From Chiloscyllium plagiosum (lineage: Eukaryota), in NCBI RefSeq assembly GCF_004010195.1, contig NC_057719.1, forward strand, positions 85,869,840 through 85,909,154: a DNA stretch of 39,315 bases, read 5' to 3'. The position numbers and the translations under genes were made by a program. Numbering within the stretch: position 1 is the first letter of the stretch; each line of letters starts with the position of its first letter. Under the pieces are notes generated by a model. That model was not told the DNA's origin, did no database searches, and saw nothing but the letters and a program-made list of their open reading frames with translations. Positions 12,761-23,548 of this stretch are shown in pieces.

Positions 12761-12849
12761 GCCAGCATCATGGCTGTTTCCTAGTCAATGCTACTTCAGC
12801 TGGTTTCGTTCATTTGATCAAACTATGCAGGAATTAAATGCAGCTGATC

Positions 12850-13100
12850 TGTTAGGCCATTTCAGAATCAACCCCATTGCTCTGGAGTCACATGTAGGCA
12901 ATACCAGATGAGGACAGCAGATTTCCTTTCCTGGAGGGCATTAGTGCACCAGACGGATTTTTACAGCAAGTCTCGTGTCAACATTGGAATAGCTTTCAAT
13001 TTCAGATTTACTTCACCATCTGCAGTGGTGCAATTTGAAGCCATGTTCCCAGTATACTAGTCTGGGTTTCTGCTTTATTTACTCCACTGCCAGTCTCACC
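12850..13100 (-). mobile_element. Degenerate tRNA-derived SINE (non-HE1)
   Basis: TAGGCCATTTCAG...CTGGAGTCACATGTAGGC...CAGCAGATTTCC...CATTAGTG..CCAGA.GG...CACCATCTGC matches the antisense of a common shark SINE body as I recall it. Confidence 0.6.
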
Positions 13101-13295
13101 ACTCTATCCCCTCTCAGCTGCCAATTCCTGTTGTGCCACAATTGGCGCTTCAGATGTTGCGAGGAGACTCCGATATTGCGTTACCAAATGGATGTTAGCT
13201 AGTGCCGCTGTAAGGATTAAAGCGGAATTTACAGCTTCTCAATTCAAAATCTGTCCATCCACCTTCGTAGTGCACCCGGTTAATTTTTCTTTTCT

Positions 13296-13325
13296 GCGGT
13301 GGGGGCGGTGGAAGTGATTGACGGT
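13296..13325. promoter_or_regulatory. Candidate promoter motif cluster (GC box, ETS site, CCAAT-like) in a CpG-retaining region
   Basis: GGGGCGG (13302-13308), GGAAGT (13310-13315) and GATTGAC (13316-13322) are adjacent; the surrounding ~13140-13650 has visibly more CpG than other unique DNA. Confidence 0.35.
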
Positions 13326-14308
13326 TAGATGGATGGCATTGCCTAGAAGCGTTTCACACTTTCAGCAGTTATGGCAAAACTGTATGCAGTCTGGACTATG
13401 GCAATGAACAATGGTGTGAAAATATTCCGCGCCTGACATCAGTCGCACCCGAACGTTTTGCATACACGTATCCCTGGATTCGTGTCGAAAATACAGTTAC
13501 ATGCAATTTCCAGTCACGACCAGTGAACGTGGGTACAGTGCCCTTAATTTCCTGAGACTGGTTAATTAGCGGTTCCATGAAAATTTCCTTCAATAAATGC
13601 CTGCATCAAATCCCTTCCATAGATAAAATTAGTCCGAGAAGTCAAACGTCTGCATTGAATGCCTTGCATTTTAACAAGACATAGATGTTCATGAAGTTAT
13701 GGGAAGCAAAGACCTTTCACTAACCCGGTAAAGAGGAGAATGGGGAGCTCCTGTCATCCAATATATGACACATTAGTCACGTGTGCTTAATTATGACTCC
13801 AGATGTAGCCTGTCCCAATGCTGTTCGCCAACTAAAATAAGGACTAGACGTATCCTCAGGCAGATGATCTCAATATTGGCATTCGTATACATGTACACTT
13901 ATACTTCAATATTTTTCTGTGTTTCTTAGTGACTAAATAAGGCAAAACTCATAATCAAACAAATTATTGGTAATTTTATGTACTGAACTTCTTTGGTTCT
14001 TGAATGATGGTGCTGTATATGCTTATGAGGTAAATGAGCACATGTGTGCATTTACAAAATAGAAAGACAATTTACTCGAACATGTTGTTCGATCACTGCA
14101 GTAGCAGCTACACTTCTTAGCCAACGATTATAGTGAACTGTACAAATGAGATCATTAACGTTCTTATGGTTAAAGTGAATGGTCTGGACACTGCAGTTTG
14201 CCAGCCGCCCATTCCGCCAGCTCGCATTGGGCTTCTATGAATAGTAGCTGAAAATGTGTTGCTGGCAAAGCGCAGCAGGTCAGGTAGCATCCAAGGAACA
14301 GGAGAATC

Positions 14309-14336
14309 GACGTTTCGGGCATAAGCCCTTCTTCAG
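14309..14336 (-). ncRNA. Minimal type I hammerhead ribozyme motif (PLE-type), opposite strand
   Basis: Reverse complement reads CUGAAGA-a-GGGC-UUAU-GCCC-GAAA-CGUC. Confidence 0.7.
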
Positions 14337-14345
14337 GAATCATTC

Positions 14346-14373
14346 CTGAAGACGGGCTTATGCCCGAAACGTC
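14346..14373 (+). ncRNA. Minimal type I hammerhead ribozyme motif (PLE-type)
   Basis: CUGAAGA-c-GGGC-UUAU-GCCC-GAAA-CGUC: conserved core, helix II, minimal self-complementary helix III, GUC cleavage triplet ending at 14373. Confidence 0.7.
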
Positions 14374-14539
14374 GATTCTCCTGCTCCTTGGATGCTACCT
14401 GACCTGCTGCGCTTTTCCAGCAACACATTTTCAGCTCTGATCTCCAGCATCTGCAGTCCTCACTTTCTCCTCTTCTATGAATAATATTCAAGTTTTATAT
14501 ATTAAACATTTATTTCCAAGAACTTAGAAGACTGTGAGT

Positions 14540-14892
14540 TGACCTAATTGAAGCCAGTTGGAGGATAGTAAGAGAATATTTCCCTTGGCGGGACAATCTG
14601 ATCGCAATCACATAATAAAGAATTGAGTCCATTTAGGACTGAGATTAGGAGAAGGTTCTTCACTCAAAAATTAGGGAAACTATGGAACTGTCAACCCAGA
14701 GAGCCGAGGATGTTCTGACGTTGAATACATTCAGAACAGTGGTCAATAGATTTGTGGACGCGAAAGAATGAAGGGAGGTGGCGGAGCGCTGGAAATGGAG
14801 TACAAGCAGTAGATCGGGCTTTATCTGCTTAAATGGTGGACCAAGTTTGAAGAGCTAAATGTCCACTTCAGCTCCTGTTTCCTATGTTCTTC
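14540..14892 (+). mobile_element. Old CR1 3' fragment
   Basis: CCATTTAGGACTGAGATTAGGAGAAGGTTCTTCACTCAAA (F.T..RR.FFTQ) and terminal GCTCCTGTTTCCTATGTTCTT. Confidence 0.75.
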
Positions 14893-16069
14893 CAGACTAA
14901 TGCTTCAAATATTTGGATATACAGTACATAGAGTGTAGCTTGGCAAAACATGTTTTGTAAGATTGAAAGAAGTGAATGTTGCCCCAATATATCCTATTAC
15001 ACAAAATTGAGTACATTCACATGATTTTAGCCGATGAATCATTCATAACATTGAAACAATTTTGAGCTGAGTATATTCAGGCTAGTTGGTGCAGAGAGAT
15101 TCTGCAATCATGCTTTGCATTCAATTTCTGGTGATACCACGAGCAGGTAAACGCATCATTATAACAAAATAGAGCAATTGTAACATTTCCTACCGCTGTA
15201 TTAAGCTGCAAAAATATCTAATTAAAATTGAATATCGACTATTGTAGCAACAATTAAAGCTGATCTCATACTGCGACCTAAGTTGCCTCCATTTTAAGTA
15301 ACAATACAGAGATAAAATAGGGATTTGTTCGGTCCTGTGTGATATTGACTTCACATAGGTTAATTTAATTTAAATCTGATATTTAGTACATCAAATGGAG
15401 AAGCAACAGTACTCAATGTTAAATCAGTAAAAATGCATTCATGGGCAATCCTTGTTACTGGGTTAAAACCAGTTTCATACCAACACATTTCTCATATTTC
15501 TGACATTTCTGGTATGTTTCAAATTGCATTGGTGTATGTTGGCTTCAAAGAATTGCTAATGATTGTTTGAATGCAAGAAAACAGGATTATAAAATAATGA
15601 AAGAGAGGTTATAGGTAAATAAATGACTATTTACCAGGAAAAGACACTTGATATCAAGAATTATTTTTAAATTTGCATCGATCAGGACAAATGCAAGAAT
15701 GCCATGTTTCAAAGGGAACAACAATTTATACATCATGAGAAAAGTGCTTAGTTTACCTCAAATAGCAATAGAAGAATGAAGCACCTTTGTCAATTTGAGC
15801 AGGAGGTTAAACAAACTGTTTCACACTGCCTCTATTTAGAAATAATGAGTAATTATTTTTAACCAACATGATGCATACATCAAGCCACTAGGCCTTTCAG
15901 TCTACCACAGAAATAAGTAATCTTTGCCAGTGTGATGTTATTTATGAAGATTATACATCCTTGTGCCATAGGTAGATCGTATCAAACAGCATGTCTTCAC
16001 AACAGACAGGCCACTCACTGCATTTAACTGGCACATGTTTACAAAACTCAGACAGTAACATTCAACATG

Positions 16070-16778
16070 AGCTTAGGAGGCTGAGGCGTGACCTTACAGA
16101 ATTTTATAGAATCACGAGGGCATAGGTAAGATGAATAACGAATGTCTTTTTCCCGGGTAGGCAACTCCAAAACTAGAGGCCATACATTTAAAGTGACAGT
16201 GTAAGGATTTGAAAGGGACCTGAGGGGCAACTTTTTCACATACAGTAACGCCTATAAGAAACAAACTGCCAGAAGAAATGGTAGAGAAGAGTACAATTAC
16301 AGCATTTTAAAGACATTTTGACAGGTATATGGATAGGAAAACTTTAAAGGCATAGTGGCTAAATGCAGGAAAATAGGACTTGGTTAGTTTGGGAAACTTT
16401 GTGGGCGGCACGGTGGCACAATGGTTAGCACTGCTGCCTCACAGCGCCAGAGACCCGGGTTCAATTCCCGCCTCAGGCAACTGACTGTGTGGAGTTTGCA
16501 CGTTCTCCCTGTGTCTGCGTGGGTTTCCTCTGGGTACTCCGGTTTCCTCCCACAGTCCAAAGATGTGCAGGGTCAGGTGAATTGGCCATACTAAATTGCC
16601 CGTAGTGTTAGGTAAGGGGTAAATGTAGGGGTATGGGTGGGTTTCGCTCCGGCGGGTCGGTGTGGACTTGTTGGGCCGAAGGGCCTGTTTCCACACTGTA
16701 ATGTAATGTAATGTAATGTAATATCGTGCCAAAGGCCCTGTTTCTGTCCTTTTTGACTCCAAGACTTGACTACTCTAT
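16070..16778 (+). mobile_element. CR1 3' fragment interrupted by an HE1 SINE (16403-16722)
   Basis: GGAGGCTGAGGCGTGACCTTACAGAA (RRLR.DL.E) and GACCTGAGGGGCAACTTTTTCACA; the 3' UTR resumes at ~16723 (GCCAAAGGCCCTGTTTCTGT). Confidence 0.85.
16403..16722 (+). mobile_element. Full-length, young HE1-type V-SINE
   Basis: A box TGGCACAATGG (16414-16424), B box GGTTCAATTCC (16458-16468), V-domain GGGTTTCCTCTGGGTACTCCGGTTTCCTCCCACAGTCCAAAGA, CR1-like tail and (TGTAA)5; many CpGs retained. Confidence 0.96.
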
Positions 16779-16940
16779 AGTATTGAATGTGATTTTGTGA
16801 TTGTATAGTACTTACTGAACAGCCCCAAATATGCTATGATTTTCACTACCAATTTGAAATTCAGACAGATTTTTGATAGATGATGCACACAGTAATCTAC
16901 ATAAAGGTGGTCTTAAGAGTTCACCGATAAGCAGGAAGGT

Positions 16941-19719
16941 GGTTTGAAGTGTATCCACTTCAATGCCAGGAGCATCTAGAATAAGGTGGGTGAACTTGCA
17001 GCATGGGTTGGTATGTGAGACTTCAATGTTGTGGTCATTTCAGAGACATGGATAGAGCAGGGATAGGAATGGTTGTTGCAGCTTCTGGGATTTAAATGTT
17101 TCAGTAAGAACAGAGAAGATTGTAAAGTGGTTGAGGTATAGTATCATTAATCAAGGACAGTATTATGGTAGCGCAAAGAATGTTTATGGACTCATCTACT
17201 GAGGTGGTGTGGGCTGAGGTTAGAAACAGAAAAGGAGATGACATCCTGTTGGAGATTTCTAAAGGCCTCCGAATACTTCCAGACATGTAGAGGAAAGGAT
17301 AGCAAAGATAATTCTGGGTAGGATTGAGAGTAACAGGATAATTGTTATGGGGGACTTTAACTTTCCAAATATTGACTGGAAATACTATAGTTTGAGTATT
17401 TTAGATGGGTCAGTTTTTGTCCAATGTGTGCAGGATGGTTTGTAGACAAGCCAACAAGGGACAAGGCCATATTGGAATTGGTACTGGCTAATGAACCTGG
17501 CTAGGTGTTAAATTTGGAGGTGGGTGAGCACTTTGGTGATAGTGACCACAATTCGGTTATGTTTACTTTAGTGATAGAAAGGGGTAGGTATATACTGTAC
17601 GGCAACAGGTATTGATGGGGGAAAGGCAATTATGCTGCAATTAGGCAAGATTTCAAATGCATAGGATGGGGAAGGAAACTGCAGGGGATGGGCACAATTG
17701 AACTGTGGAGCTTATTCAAGGAACTGTGTGTCCTTGATAAGTATGTACCTGTCAGGCAGGGAGGAAGTGGTCGAGTGAGGGAGCTGTGGTTAACTAAAGC
17801 GGTTGAAACTCTTATCAAGGAGAAGAAGAAGGCTTATGCTAAGATGAGACTGAAGGCTCAATTCAGGCGCTTGAGAGTTGCAGGTTAGCCAGGAAGGATC
17901 TAAAGAGAGAGCTAAGAAGAGCCAGAGAGGACATGAGAAATTGTTAGCAGATAGGGTCAAGAAAAACCCTAAAGCTTCCTATATCAGGAATATCAGGCAT
18001 AAAAGAATGACTAGAGAAAGATTAGGGCCAATCAAGGATAGTAGTGGAAAGTTGTGCATGGAGTCTGAGGAGATATAGGAAGCACTAAATGAATATTTTA
18101 TGTCAGTACTCACACTGGAAAAAGACAATGTTGTTGAGAAGAATACTGAGATACAGGTTACTGAACTAGATGGGATTGACGTAAGCAAGGAGGAGGTTTT
18201 AGCAATTCTGCAAAGTGTGAAAATAGATAAGTCTTGTGGGCCAGGTGTGACTTATCCTAGGATTTTCTGGGAAGCCAGGGAGGAGGTTGCAGAAAATTTG
18301 GCTGGGATCTTGATGCCATCATTGTTGACAGGAGTAGTGCCAAAAGACTGGAGGACAGCAAATGTTGTCCCGTTGTTCAAGAAGGGTAATAGAGACGATC
18401 CTGGTAATTACAGACAAGTGAGCCTGACTTACTAAGAAATAGGATTTGTAATCATCTAGAGAGGAATAAGTTGATTAGAGATAGTCAACACGGTTTTGTG
18501 AGGGGGCGGTGGTGCCTCACAAACCTTATTAAGTTCTTTGAGAAGGTGACCAAACAGGTGGATGAAGGCAAAGCCGTTGATGTCATGTATCTGGATTTCA
18601 GTAAGGCCTTTGATAAGGTTCCCCACAGTAAGCTATTGCACAAAATATGGAGGCATGGAGTTGTGGGTGATTTAGCGGTTTGGATCAGAAATTGGCTAGC
18701 TGTAAGAAGACAGAGAGTGGTGGTTGATGGGAAATGTTCATCCTGGAGTTCAGTTACTAGTGGTGTACCGCAAGGATCTGTTTTGGGGCCACTGCTGTTT
18801 GTCATTTTTGTAAATAACCTGGATGAGGGCATAGAAGGATGGGTTAGTAAATTTATGGATGACTGTAAGGTCAGTGGAGTTGTGGATAGTGCTGAAGGAT
18901 GTTGCAGGTTACAAAGGGACATGCATAAGCTGGCTTGAGAGGTGGCAAATGGAGTTTAATGTGGAAACATGAGAGCTGATTCACTTTGGAAGAAGCAACA
19001 GGAATAAAGAGTACTGGGCTAATGGTAGGATTCCTTGTAGTCTAGATGAGCAGAGAGATCTCAGTGTCCATGTGCATCTATTCCTGAATGTTGCCATGCA
19101 GGTTGATAGGGTTGTTAAGAAGGCATACCATATTTTTGCTTTTATTGGTAGAGGGATTGAGTTTCGGAGTCTTGAGGTCATGCTGCAGCTGCACAAAACT
19201 CTGGTGTGGCCGCATTCGGGGTACTGTGTATAGTTTTGGTCACTGCATTGCAGGAAGGATATGAAAGCTTTGGAAAGGGTGCAGAGGATATGTTGCCTGA
19301 TATGGAGGGGAGGTCTTATGAGGAAAGGCTGAGGGTATTGAGGCTGTTTTCATTAGAGAGAAGAAGGTTGAGAGGTGACTTAATTGAGACATATAAGATA
19401 ATCAGAAGGTTAGATAGGGTGGAAAGTGAGAGCCTTTTTCCTTGGATGGTGATGGCTAGCACAAGGGGACAAGGACTTTAAGTTGAAGAGTGATAGATAT
19501 AGGACAGATGTCAGAGGTAGTTTCTTTACTCGAAGAATAGTAGGGGCGTGGAGCGCACTGCCTGCAACAGTAGTAGATGCGCCAACCTTAAGGGCATTTA
19601 AATGGTAGTTGGATAAACATATGGATGATAATGGAATAGTGTTGGATAGATTGGTTCCACAGGTCAGTGCAACATTGAAGGCTGAAGGGCCTGTACTGCA
19701 CTGTAATGTTATATGTTCT
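16941..19719 (+). mobile_element. CR1 LINE, near-complete disrupted ORF2 (APE endonuclease + RT) and 3' UTR
   Basis: Begins GLKCIHFNARSI*NKVGEL...ISETW; then VMGDFNFPNIDW, SDH, ANVVPLFKKG...[56 protein letters not shown]; tail TGTAATGTTATATGTTCT. Confidence 0.96.
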
Positions 19720-21844
19720 GTGTGTCCTCTGCAAGAAAATAGAACATGTCAGGCATTGTGCCTTCCTCAACTCAACAAAAATGTCATGATAAGCTGTTCC
19801 CTGGTGTGTACCCCTATAAAACAACTTAAAAAAAATTGAAGCCAACTAAACATTTTGGAAGTTAACTAAGATCTTGGGGCAATTCTTCGCTGGTGAATTG
19901 ATCATGGTATGACTGAACCAATCACAGTAAATTTTCCAATGAATCAAGCAGCTTTTTGGTATGCTTTACAAATCATTATTACCTCTGAATTTTGATATTC
20001 TTGCATTTGTCCTAATAAATACGTGAAAAAACATTTTGGCAGCATGTCTCCTTTTTCAACTGCTGAAAAATAAAGACTTGCATTTATGCTTTCATTATTT
20101 TTTCATTATGTTTTCATTATTGCAGAATATCGCAACATTCTTGGCAGTCAAATAATTACCTTAGAAAAACCTCATGTAGGAAACACGACAGATATTTTGC
20201 AAACAGCGAAGATTGGCATTTGGGGCAAATGACCTGATAATCTATTCCCTAATTTTGGTTAAGAGTTAAGTGTTTTTTTAACCCCATACATTCTTCTCGT
20301 ATATCAGAAAGAACAGATCACTGTTTAATTTAATGAAAGGGGTACCTCTCTCAAAATGTCACTGAATGTCTGCTAGCTTTCTGGGGGCAAAATTGATGGT
20401 GAATTTCTGCATTAATTGCAGTAATGGACCTGTGTTGCTTAAGTATTTGTTTGTGGTACCCCCAAAAAAATATCATGATGGACCAAATGTCCTATGGCTG
20501 ATCCTCTAGTTCAGCATTTCCCAATGACACCTCAATTCCCCGATCAATTGGTGTTAAAGTGTATACATCAAACAAGTATACACTTGTTATTGGCTCATAT
20601 TTATTTAAGAATAATGAAGTTTGCTTATTTGTTGAAATGTCTACATATGACTTGCAATTATTGATCAGCAAAATAATTAGTCCAAATGTATTCATACACT
20701 TCTCCTACACTCTTCCAACAGAGCATTCTCTTTTATTATTTTAACTATGACGACACTTCATAAACTCAATACTCCTGTACCTGAAATAGCTTTCTGCTTT
20801 CAAATTTCTGTGCTGGTGTGAGCATCTAAATTTGTGAAAGCGCCTTCCTCCTCATTTGCTGACATCTTCATTATAACTCTTATCAATCACTCAGTCCCAG
20901 TACTTTCTGTCAGTTCATTCTTTCCACATCCTGGGCACTTCTGTTCTTGTATTTAAGCTGCTTAAGGATAAGCTGATGTATTCATCAGGAAAGCATTACA
21001 TTCTGAGCTTTTCAACTGCTTTGTTACAAATGTTTTCGCTTTAGTCAGCAAAACATGATATTCTACCCAAGGGACATTTTCGTGGTCAAATATGCTGGGG
21101 TGTTTGAATATGTCTGTTCTGATGGAAGTTGCCAGGGAAAGGTCAGGGTATAAGCATGGTCAGGGAGCAGACTGCTATAGCCTGCAAAGTGTTATGTGCT
21201 ATTTCTCAATCCAGAAATCAAATACTGGAGGATCATGCCAACTGCATGTTAAACTTGGTGGGGTGTTTTTCAGCATAAGACATAGGAGCAGAACTTGACT
21301 ATTCAATCCATTGAGTCTGCTCTGCTATTTGATGAGATCAAGGGAGACCTGATAACCCCCAACTCAACACCCCTACCTTACCCCCATAAGTCATGAACAT
21401 ACTTTACCCCTCAGTCTAGATAGTCCTCTGTGGTAAACAATTCTTCATACTCACTATCCTATAAGAGAAAACAAAAATCTTCATTATTGCTGATTGAAAT
21501 TGTTTACTCTGAGATTGTTGAAACTTTATTGCTGGAACAGCACAGCAGGTCAGGCAGCATCCAGGAAACAGGAGATTCGACGTTTCGGGCACAGGCCCTA
21601 CTTCAGGAATGAGCAGAGAGCGTTCAGCAGGAGAAGATAAAAGGTAGGGAGGAGGGACTTGGAGGAGGGGCGTTGGAAATGTGATAGGTGGAAAGAGGTC
21701 AAGGTGAGGGTGAAAGAAGTTCTGGGATTTACATACCAAAGAACAGAAACCAACACATCCCATCCTAAATTTATCTTAAATTGTTTAATGTATCATCACA
21801 TCTCCATGACACTGTACTCATTTGGATATAAATGCTGTTTTATG

Positions 21845-21981
21845 ACCTTATTCTCCACAACCACCTAATGAAGAAGCAGTGCCTTGAAAGCTAGTGTTTC
21901 CAAATAAACCTGTTGGACTATAACCTGGTGTTGTGTGATTTTTATCTTTGTCCACCACAGTCCACTACCAACATCTCCAAG
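21845..21981 (+). mobile_element. Older, different PLE-type terminal-repeat remnant nested in the captured segment
   Basis: CCTAATGAAGAAGCAGTGCCTTGAAAGCTA (degenerate CTGATGA...GAAA core) followed by AAATAAACCTGTTGGACTATAACCTGGTGTTGTGTGATTTTTA, a common shark repeat end as I recall it. Confidence 0.7.
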
Positions 21982-22065
21982 TTAGGTCTTGCTGCATATC
22001 AAAGTTGAAACTTTATTGCTGGAACAGCACAGCAGGTCAGGCAGCATCCAGGGAACAGGAGGTTC

Positions 22066-22093
22066 GACGTTTCGGGCACAGGCCCTTCTTCAG
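22066..22093 (-). ncRNA. Minimal hammerhead ribozyme motif (PLE-type)
   Basis: Reverse complement CUGAAGA-a-GGGC-CUGU-GCCC-GAAA-CGUC. The mirror plus-strand copy lacks CUGA, and the ~21579-21606 copy has CUGAAGU. Confidence 0.65.
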
Positions 22094-22515
22094 GAATGGC
22101 CAGAAGGGCCTGTGCCCGAAACGTCGAATCTCCTGTTCCCTGGATGCTGCCTGACCTGCTGTGCTGTTCCAGCAATAAAGTTTCAACTTTGATCTCCAGC
22201 ATCTGCAGACCTTACTTTCTACTCTGAGATTGTGCACTGTGGTCCTAGACAAGGAGAAACAAACTTTCTCCATCTACTTTGTCAACCCCCCCTAAGAAGG
22301 TTTGCTCTTATTCTGTCAAACACCAATGGGAATAAACTTGACATTCACAACCTCTCCTCATAACAAAATCTGTGCTGTCAGCCTAGTGAACTTTCTTCGA
22401 ACTGCCTCTAATGCCAGTATATTTTTCCTTAGATGAAGGAACCATAACTGTTTACAGTATTCCATGTGTGATCCAAGCACTGCCTTTTATAGTTTCAGCA
22501 AACCTTCTTATACTT

Positions 22516-23548
22516 ATAGAGTCATAGAGTCCTACAGCACAGAGACAGCCCCTTCAGCCCAAGCTGGTCTATGCTGACCAAAATGTCCATCCACGCTAAC
22601 CCCATTTACCTGCGCTATCCATGTATTTGTCCAAATGCCTTTTAAATGTTGTTAACGTATCCGCTTCAACCACTTCCTCTGGCAGCTCATTCCATATGCG
22701 TACTACCCTCTGTGTAAAAATGTGCCCCTCACATTCCCTTTCGGTCTTTCCCTTCTAACCTTAAACTGATGCCTTCTAATCATCAAAAACCTAACCTGGG
22801 AAAAAGACTGACTGCATTCACCCTATCTATGCCTCTCATGATCTTATACACTTCTGTAAGATCCCCCCTCAGTCTCCCACACTCTAAAGAAAAAAGTCCT
22901 CGCATGTCCAACCTCTCCCTACAACTCAGACACTTGAGTCCTGGCAACATCTTTGCAAATTTCTTCTGCACTCTTTCCAGTTTAATAACATCCTTCTTAT
23001 AGCAAGTTAACCAAAACTGAACACTCCAAGTGCGGCCTCACCAATGTCGTGTATAACTACAACAATAACTTCCTAACTTCTTCACTGTCCTATCTATTGT
23101 GACTCCACTTTCGCAGAACCATACACCAGAACTCCAAGGTCCCTCTGTTCCACTGTACGCCTTAAGGCCCTACCATTCATCATGAAATTCCTACCTTGAT
23201 TTGACTTTCCAAAATGCAAGACCTCACACTTATCTAAATTAAACTCCATTTGCCATTTCTGGGACCACCTCCCTAGCTGATCAAGATCCTACTGCAATTT
23301 CTGGTAACCTTCCTCACTGTCCATGATACCATCTATTTTAGAGTCATCTGCAAACTTACTAACATGCCTTGTACTTTCTCATCCAAGTTATTGATATAGA
23401 TAACAAACAACAATGGGCCCAGCACTGATCCCTGAGTTGTACCACTAGTCACAGGCCTCCATTGCTTCCTACCTTCAAGCCAATTGTGCATCTAATTGCC
23501 AGCTCCTACTCGATTCCATGTGATCCAAGCTTTCAGAGCAGCCTACTG
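22516..23548 (-). mobile_element. CR1 LINE 3' ~1 kb
   Basis: Antisense tail ATAGAGTCATAGAG; LFSLECGRLRGDLTEVYKIMRGIDR; GAGTCATCTGCAAACTT (KFADDS antisense); GGGCCCAGCACTGATCCCTGAG (QGSVLGP antisense). Confidence 0.93.

Larger units (their letters stand above)
14244..14471. mobile_element. 228-bp palindromic PLE-derived insertion with 12-bp TSD
   Basis: Inverted repeat 14246-14340 / 14342-14436 (95-bp arms, 3 mismatches, 1-nt loop) plus the PLE 3' terminus CTGCAGTCCTCACTTT; CTTCTATGAATA at 14232-14243 and 14472-14483. Confidence 0.93.
21519..22219. mobile_element. Composite PLE insertion: inverted terminal fragment + ~285 bp captured DNA + palindromic terminal repeat; 14-bp TSD
   Basis: TACTCTGAGATTGT at 21505-21518 and 22220-22233; PLE end (minus) ~21519-21713; inverted repeat 21998-22089 / 22102-22193 (92-bp arms); terminus CTGCAGACCTTACTTTC. 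Confidence 0.9.
21274..22515 (-). mobile_element. Old CR1 3' fragment, interrupted by composite PLE insertion 21519-22219
   Basis: Antisense tail CATAAGACATAGGAGCAGAA; sequence reads continuously across TACTCTGAGATTGT|GCACTGTGGTCCTAGAC once the insert is removed. Confidence 0.8.

Noticed and set aside
13390..13593. Open frames on both strands in the CpG-retaining region
   Set aside because: No recognisable motif or convincing splice pair; does not match EEF1AKMT3 exon 1 or METTL1.
14246..14436. Hairpin as pre-miRNA, DNA-transposon MITE or CRISPR-like repeat
   Set aside because: The arms are PLE terminal sequence also found next to GIY-YIG coding DNA at 8575-8720, the element has an asymmetric 3' extension, and there is no spacer array.
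16403..16480. tRNA gene
   Set aside because: The A and B boxes belong to the SINE head, followed by the V-domain and LINE-like tail; no full cloverleaf.
21948..22273. Near-identical ORFs on both strands
   Set aside because: Consequence of the PLE palindrome, not genes.
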